This document shows positions 59,027 through 64,000 of a DNA stretch of 64,000 nucleotides, piece after piece. Source of the DNA: an uncultured delta proteobacterium (GTDB lineage: Bacteria > Desulfobacterota > Syntrophia > Syntrophales > UBA2185); assembly GCA_963729715.1 (NCBI GenBank), contig CAVSPA010000006.1, positions 384,001-448,000 of the forward strand, in the 5' to 3' direction. The notes below the pieces were generated by a model that did not search any database, was not told the DNA's origin, and was given only the letters and a program-made list of their open reading frames with translations. A program made the position numbers and the translations under genes. Numbering within the stretch: the stretch's first letter is position 1; each line of letters starts with the position of its first letter.

Positions 59027-59662
59027 GTGTGGGAACTTATTACAATCTTCGTTTCTTCTTTTATCATCGCCTTCTCCGGCGCTATGATGCCGGGGCCTCT
59101 GCTTACGGCGACAATCAGTGAGAGCTCGCAAAGGGGATTGGTCGCCGGACCTTTGCTTATCGCAGGTCATGGCATCCTGGAGATTATGCTGCTTGCTGCG
59201 CTTGTCTTGGGATTGGCCCCGTTTCTTCGGCGTAACGACGTCTTTGCCGTTGTCGCCATAGCCGGTGGTGTTATCCTGCTCTGGATGGCTGCCGCGATGT
59301 TCCGCGCCCTGCCGACGTTGACTTTGTCATTGATCACGGGGAAGACCAAGAGTGCCTCCCTGGTCATGAATGGAGCGATCCTGAGCATAGCTAATCCCTA
59401 CTGGGTGGTCTGGTGGGCGACAATAGGGTTTGGTTACGTCATTTATAGCTGGGGTTTCGGTATAGCAGGCCTAATATTTTTTTTCACGGGACACATTCTC
59501 GCAGATTTTGTCTGGTACTCAGCGGTTTCTGCGGCAGTAGGGAAGGGCAGGCATCTTTTCACTGATGGTTCTTATAGATGGGTCATGGGAACATGCGCAG
59601 TTGTATTAATTCTCTTTGCATGCTATTTCTTCTATGCCGGAGCACAGAAAATAATTGCTTGA
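59027..59662 (+). CDS. LysE family translocator
   Basis: SGAMMPGPL, GHGILE, NPYWVVWWATIG, GHILADFVWY. Confidence 0.9.
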   Translation: MWELITIFVSSFIIAFSGAMMPGPLLTATISESSQRGLVAGPLLIAGHGILEIMLLAALVLGLAPFLRRNDVFAVVAIAGGVILLWMAAAMFRALPTLTLSLITGKTKSASLVMNGAILSIANPYWVVWWATIGFGYVIYSWGFGIAGLIFFFTGHILADFVWYSAVSAAVGKGRHLFTDGSYRWVMGTCAVVLILFACYFFYAGAQKIIA

Positions 59663-59688
59663 GAGATTGAAAGAGGAGAAAAGCCTGA

Positions 59689-60093
59689 ATGACGAAGAAG
59701 ACGCAAAAATCCGACCTCGATGGGCTGACTTTACTCAGGCGGGATGCCCAACCCACAAAGAATCTGGAAACATTTCCTAACCATCATCCGGGAAGGGACT
59801 ACGTTGTAACGCTAAAGACGGAAGAGTTCACATGCGCCTGTCCGGCGACGGGGCAGCCGGATTTTGCCAGGCTGATCATCCAGTACATACCGGACAAAAA
59901 GATTATCGAATCAAAGTCCCTGAAATTGTATCTCTGGTCTTACCGTGACGAAGGGGTGTTTCATGAGCATGTGGCCAACGTGATTCTTGACGATCTGGTT
60001 CTTGCTCTCAAGCCCCGGTGGTGCAAGGTAACGGCGGATTTTGCCGTCCGTGGGGGCATTTCCATTACCATAGATGCGGAATACAAAAAGTGA
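59689..60093 (+). CDS. queF: NADPH-dependent preQ0 reductase (short, type I)
   Basis: EFTCACPATGQPDFA, ESKSLKLYL, FHE, RGGI. Confidence 0.95.
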   Translation: MTKKTQKSDLDGLTLLRRDAQPTKNLETFPNHHPGRDYVVTLKTEEFTCACPATGQPDFARLIIQYIPDKKIIESKSLKLYLWSYRDEGVFHEHVANVILDDLVLALKPRWCKVTADFAVRGGISITIDAEYKK

Positions 60094-60162
60094 TCTTGCC
60101 GGCATGCCGGATACCCGTAATAAGGCCCCAAGATCATTGCCGGAATGTCATCTAGAATACTG

Positions 60163-60191
60163 TTGACATGGAAGGCTTCTGTTACTATGTT
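60163..60191 (+). promoter_or_regulatory. Putative sigma70 promoter of the sigma54 activator gene
   Basis: TTGACA-N17-TATGTT. Confidence 0.55.
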
Positions 60192-60222
60192 ATATTAAAA
60201 GAAATTTTTCAGGAAGAAGAAA

Positions 60223-61695
60223 GTGTCAAAACCTACATCCAGAACAAAAAAAGCAGATAATCTGAAATTAGTCGGAGCAGACGAATCCCATCAGGCCCGG
60301 CACAAATGTGATTTTTGCGAACTGGAAGATATCATTGAGGCATCCCATGACGGCCTTTTCATAACCGACGGGCAGGGGGTTATCCTGAGGGTAAATAGTG
60401 CATGGGAGCGTATTGCCGGAATCCAGAGGGACTTCGCCGTAGGAAAGTGCGCTAAGGACCTCGTAAATCATAAATGGTACACGGAATCTTCAGCAATGGC
60501 GGCAATCAGGGAAAGAAAGAAAGTGACAGTCATGCTGGAGATGCTCAAAGGGGAAAAAATCGGCCAGAAAATAATGGCGACGGCCATACCCATATGGGGT
60601 GACGATGGTGAAATCAGGCGGGTTGTCGCCAATATCAGAGATATAACGGAAATACTCTATTTGAAGCAGTTGCTCGAGAAGACGCAGCGGTTGAATGAAT
60701 TATATGCCGCCGAACTTGAGCAGATGAAGAACGTCGATATAGTCGCTCACAGCGAATCGACGAAGCGGCTAATGGAAATCGTGGCGCGCGTCGCCAGTTT
60801 CGATGTATCGGTGTTAATCACCGGCGAATCCGGTGTGGGCAAGGAAGTGATTGCGAATGCCATACATCAGCAAAGCCAGCGCTCCAAGGGCCCTCTCATC
60901 AAGGTGAACTCCGGAGCAATTCCTGAAACACTTCTTGAATCCGAACTTTTTGGTTACGATTACGGCGCTTTTACGGGTGCAAAAAAACAGGGGAAACCCG
61001 GCATGTTTGAGCTCGCAAATGAGGGGACCCTGTTTCTCGACGAAGTCGGCGATATACCATACAGTCTACAGGGAAAACTCTTAAGAGCCCTGCAGGATCG
61101 TGAGATCATGCGGATTGGTGGCGTGAAGCCCGCTCCCGTCGATGTGCGCATTGTTGCGGCGACAAACAAGAATCTTGAAGAAATGGTAAAAAAAGGCACT
61201 TTCCGTGACGACCTTTATTATCGTCTGAACGTCGTTGCGATTGAGATTCCTCCGCTCCGTGAGCGCAAAGAAGACATACCTATGTTTGTTTTGCACTTTC
61301 TGGATAAGATGAACAAGAAACACCAGTACAATAAGCGCATTTCACCGGAGGTTATAGATGTTCTGATGCTCTATTCCTGGCCCGGTAATGTGCGGGAATT
61401 GGAAAACGTAGTGGAGAGGATGATCATCATGACGGAGGGTGATGAGATAACCATGAAGCATCTGCCCATTCAGATCAAAAGTCAGATCTCTGCTGATGCA
61501 ATGAGCGTCATCGGGGGCAGCAGTTTCAAAACGACAATTGAGCAGGCGGAGAAGCAACTCCTGAAGCAGGCGCTCCAGAATCACAAGAGTACAAGAGGGA
61601 TCGCCAAGGCAATGAAGATCAATCAATCCACGGTCGTGCGCAAACTGAAGAAATATAACCTCGGTCCATCCCCGGATAACGAACCACAGAAATAA
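60223..61695 (+). CDS. PAS-containing sigma54-dependent transcriptional activator (PAS-AAA+-HTH)
   Basis: PAS ([10 protein letters not shown]), [58 protein letters not shown]. Confidence 0.93.
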   Translation: MSKPTSRTKKADNLKLVGADESHQARHKCDFCELEDIIEASHDGLFITDGQGVILRVNSAWERIAGIQRDFAVGKCAKDLVNHKWYTESSAMAAIRERKKVTVMLEMLKGEKIGQKIMATAIPIWGDDGEIRRVVANIRDITEILYLKQLLEKTQRLNELYAAELEQMKNVDIVAHSESTKRLMEIVARVASFDVSVLITGESGVGKEVIANAIHQQSQRSKGPLIKVNSGAIPETLLESELFGYDYGAFTGAKKQGKPGMFELANEGTLFLDEVGDIPYSLQGKLLRALQDREIMRIGGVKPAPVDVRIVAATNKNLEEMVKKGTFRDDLYYRLNVVAIEIPPLRERKEDIPMFVLHFLDKMNKKHQYNKRISPEVIDVLMLYSWPGNVRELENVVERMIIMTEGDEITMKHLPIQIKSQISADAMSVIGGSSFKTTIEQAEKQLLKQALQNHKSTRGIAKAMKINQSTVVRKLKKYNLGPSPDNEPQK

Positions 61696-61802
61696 TTTTT
61701 GATCCTTCGGGCGCGAAGGCCAATCCTACCTTAATTTGCAGAACAGGCACAAATTCTCTTGCAAGATTACAAGAGATATCTGTTTCTTCGGCAACTCCAC
61801 AC

Positions 61803-62255
61803 CTATTTGTAAACAGCCATCCGTTGGGAATGGGCCAGCCTCTTCATGATGCGCTGGGCATGGCGCACATGAATTTCTATGTGATAAATTTTCTTCAGAT
61901 ACTTAACCAGTTCCTTGCCGTCCCAGCGGTTACTGGAGACTCCAACTTCGCGCGGTGAATTCGTCAAGACCGCTTCGAGCTTCTTCATCACCTCCCTCTT
62001 AATGCGGGGCGGCCTGCCCATACGCCGTCGGTCGAGTACCGCCTCTGCTCCTTCCCTGTTTGCCTTCTGAATCCATTTCACTACCGTCCAGCGGGTTAAA
62101 CCAAAAAGCTCCGCTGCCTGGGCGGATTTCCACCCGGCCACAATCAGGAGCAGAACGGCGATACGTATCCCAATCCAGGCCCCAGGCGTCCGGTCGGCTA
62201 AACGAAGCAGAGCCTCTCTGGTAAGTTCCGGATGATCGAGCGTCAATGCCTTCAT
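61803..62255 (-). mobile_element. IS630-family transposase N-terminal HTH/winged-HTH only (no DDE domain)
   Basis: AAELFGLTRWTVVKWI, RMGRPPRI, RWDGKELVKYL; stop directly after the wHTH with no catalytic ORF following. Confidence 0.7.
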
Positions 62256-62431
62256 GTCTCTGCCCCCTTTCTTTCTTTTGAGGGCAGCATATCAGGGACG
62301 TTCTGCGATGTCTACTTATATATGTCGTTTGTGGTTCGGATCATCGCCTCTGTTTTGAAAACATAAGCGGATATTTATTGGAGGTGTCGGGACGTACAGG
62401 AAGGATTTGTGCGTTGATTGTGTCTCAAAGT

Positions 62432-62460
62432 AAAAGGGAGACGAGTTATCCCCGTCTCCC
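62432..62460 (-). terminator. Rho-independent terminator of the etf-acd operon
   Basis: Minus strand GGGAGACG-N9-CGTCTCCC-TTTT. Confidence 0.75.
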
Positions 62461-62508
62461 CCGAAGTTCATAAACTCAGGCTAAATCATCAAGCCTGCGC
62501 AGTATAGG

Positions 62509-63648
62509 CTATCTTAGAATGCTGCCGCCGATAACCATGCGCATTGCCTCGCTTGTGCCCTCATAGATCTGCGTAATCTTTGCATCTCGCATCAGGCGCT
62601 CCACGGGATATTCGCGGCTGTACCCGTAGCCACCAAATACCTGGACCGCGTCGGTCGTAACAGACATAGCGACATCGGAAGCAAACAGCTTAGCCATTGC
62701 CGCCTCTTTGGAATAAGGCAGGTCATTAGATTTGTTAAAAGCGGCTCGATACGTCATGAGACGGGCTGCCTCAACTTTTGTTGCCATGTTGGCGAGCATA
62801 AAGCTGATGCCCTGCTGGGTCGCTATGGGTTTTCCAAACTGAACACGCTGTTTTGCATATTTGATTGCGTGATCGAGAGCGCCCTGGGCAATGCCAACGG
62901 CCTGGGCAGCTATACCGATACGGCCGCCATCCAAAGTCGCCATGGCAATCCTAAACCCATCGCCTTCTTTTCCTAAGATGTTGGAGGCGGGGGTTTTTGC
63001 ATTGACCATTATGACTTCGCGCTGTACGGCTGCGCGAATACCCATTTTGGTTTCTTTCTTGCCGAAGCTCAAGCCCGGTGAACCTTTCTCGAGAATGAAC
63101 GCGCTCATGCCCTTAAGGCCGGCCTCTTTATTTGTTTTGGTAAAGACAACCTCTACTTCCGCCTCTCCACCGTTTGTGTTGAAAACCTTGGTCCCGGTGA
63201 TAAGATATGAATCTCCTTCTTTGACGGCAAATGTTGAGGCGTTGCCTACGTCTGTGCCTGCATTGGGTTCCGTTAGACCGAATGCGCCTAACTTTATGCC
63301 CTGGGCCAGCGGCACGAGGTATTTCTGTTTTTGCTCCTCCGTGCCGTACTTGTAGATTGGCCATGAACACAGCGACGTGTGCACCGACATACCGATGGAA
63401 GTTGACGCGTCTATGCGTGAAATTTCCTCAATTGCAATGGCATAAGCGACGAAGTCCATACCGCCTCCGCCGTACTTTTCGGGATAGGGAAGGCCCATGA
63501 GGCCCAGTTTACCCATTTCATCAAATATACTCCTGTCAAACAGCTCTTTTTCATCACGCTCCACAATAGTCGGAGCCAGCTTCTTTTCCGCAAATTCCCG
63601 CACCATCTTGCGGATGCCTTCATTTTCCGGTGATACAGTAAAATTCAT
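62509..63648 (-). CDS. Acyl-CoA dehydrogenase (butyryl-CoA dehydrogenase-like)
   Basis: GAFGLTEPNAGTD, KMGIRA, LDGGRIGIAAQAVG, RVQFGKPI, RDAKITQIYEGT; GAGGAGG RBS. Confidence 0.95.
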   Translation of the reverse strand: MNFTVSPENEGIRKMVREFAEKKLAPTIVERDEKELFDRSIFDEMGKLGLMGLPYPEKYGGGGMDFVAYAIAIEEISRIDASTSIGMSVHTSLCSWPIYKYGTEEQKQKYLVPLAQGIKLGAFGLTEPNAGTDVGNASTFAVKEGDSYLITGTKVFNTNGGEAEVEVVFTKTNKEAGLKGMSAFILEKGSPGLSFGKKETKMGIRAAVQREVIMVNAKTPASNILGKEGDGFRIAMATLDGGRIGIAAQAVGIAQGALDHAIKYAKQRVQFGKPIATQQGISFMLANMATKVEAARLMTYRAAFNKSNDLPYSKEAAMAKLFASDVAMSVTTDAVQVFGGYGYSREYPVERLMRDAKITQIYEGTSEAMRMVIGGSILR

Positions 63649-63730
63649 AGATTACCCTCCTCTTAAAATATATTGTTTGTCGTTTTCAAAATTGCGCCGA
63701 CTTGCAGATTGCGGACGGCGATTACTTTTC

Positions 63731-64000
63731 TTATTGCAGAACCTCCCGCAATTTGGCGGTCAATGCCGGTACGACTTCGTACACATCACCGACTATTCCG
63801 TAGGTCGCCACCTTGAAGATGGGAGCATCAGGGTCTTTATTAATCGCAATTATAACGTCGGATGTCTGCATCCCGGCTAGATGCTGAATGGCGCCTGATA
63901 TGCCGCAAGCGATATAGATTTTCGGCGCCACCGTTTTTCCTGTTTGACCGACCTGGTGCGGATAAGGCATCCAGCCCGCGTCAACAGCAGCACGGGACGA
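63731..64000 (-). CDS. etfA: Electron transfer flavoprotein alpha subunit (C-terminal part; runs off the right edge)
   Basis: SRAAVDAGW...[27 protein letters not shown]...[11 protein letters not shown]. Confidence 0.95.
   Translation of the reverse strand, partial: SSRAAVDAGWMPYPHQVGQTGKTVAPKIYIACGISGAIQHLAGMQTSDVIIAINKDPDAPIFKVATYGIVGDVYEVVPALTAKLREVLQ

Noticed and set aside
60091..60150. Nested inverted repeats after queF (TGATCTTG...CAAGATCA, CCGGCATGCCGG)
   Set aside because: Single copy and no T-tract; cannot distinguish a decayed repeat from a weak terminator
1..64000. CRISPR array, rRNA/tRNA genes, prophage, retron or defence system
   Set aside because: No regularly spaced repeats, structural RNA signatures, or phage, RT or cas genes recognised; the macrodomain and PIN genes sit in housekeeping contexts

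Overview
This is a gene-dense chromosomal window from an anaerobic diderm bacterium. Gene content and order suggest Desulfobacterota, probably Syntrophales-like (inference). Most of it is housekeeping: mtaB-rnc-radical SAM-era-der, pcm-nlpD-like, carD-PIN/TRAM-ispD-ispF-gltX, pgk-truA-rfbD, mutL-miaA, valS-nadC-birA-coaX-coaE, queF and etfA-acyl-CoA dehydrogenase. A looser accessory stretch lies at about 49.9-59 kb. I found no rRNA, tRNA or CRISPR array. The most notable items are: (1) a probable operon pairing a tandem-PilZ protein with a GNAT-like C-terminal domain and a V4R-like/TM/GAF/PAS hybrid histidine kinase that is missing from the ORF track, a candidate c-di-GMP-controlled signal synthase-receptor pair; (2) a circularly permuted cofactor-independent phosphoglycerate mutase with an altered DGRD motif; (3) an envelope cluster (DUF799-like/FN3/double beta-helix lipoprotein, LPP20-like protein, TPR-SLH lipoprotein) around mutL-miaA; (4) two inverted copies of a ~85-90 bp palindromic repeat; (5) small unannotated ORFs, a frameshift-plus-amber pseudogene and a solo IS630 HTH gene. 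All domain calls come from reading motifs by eye and need HMM or structure confirmation.
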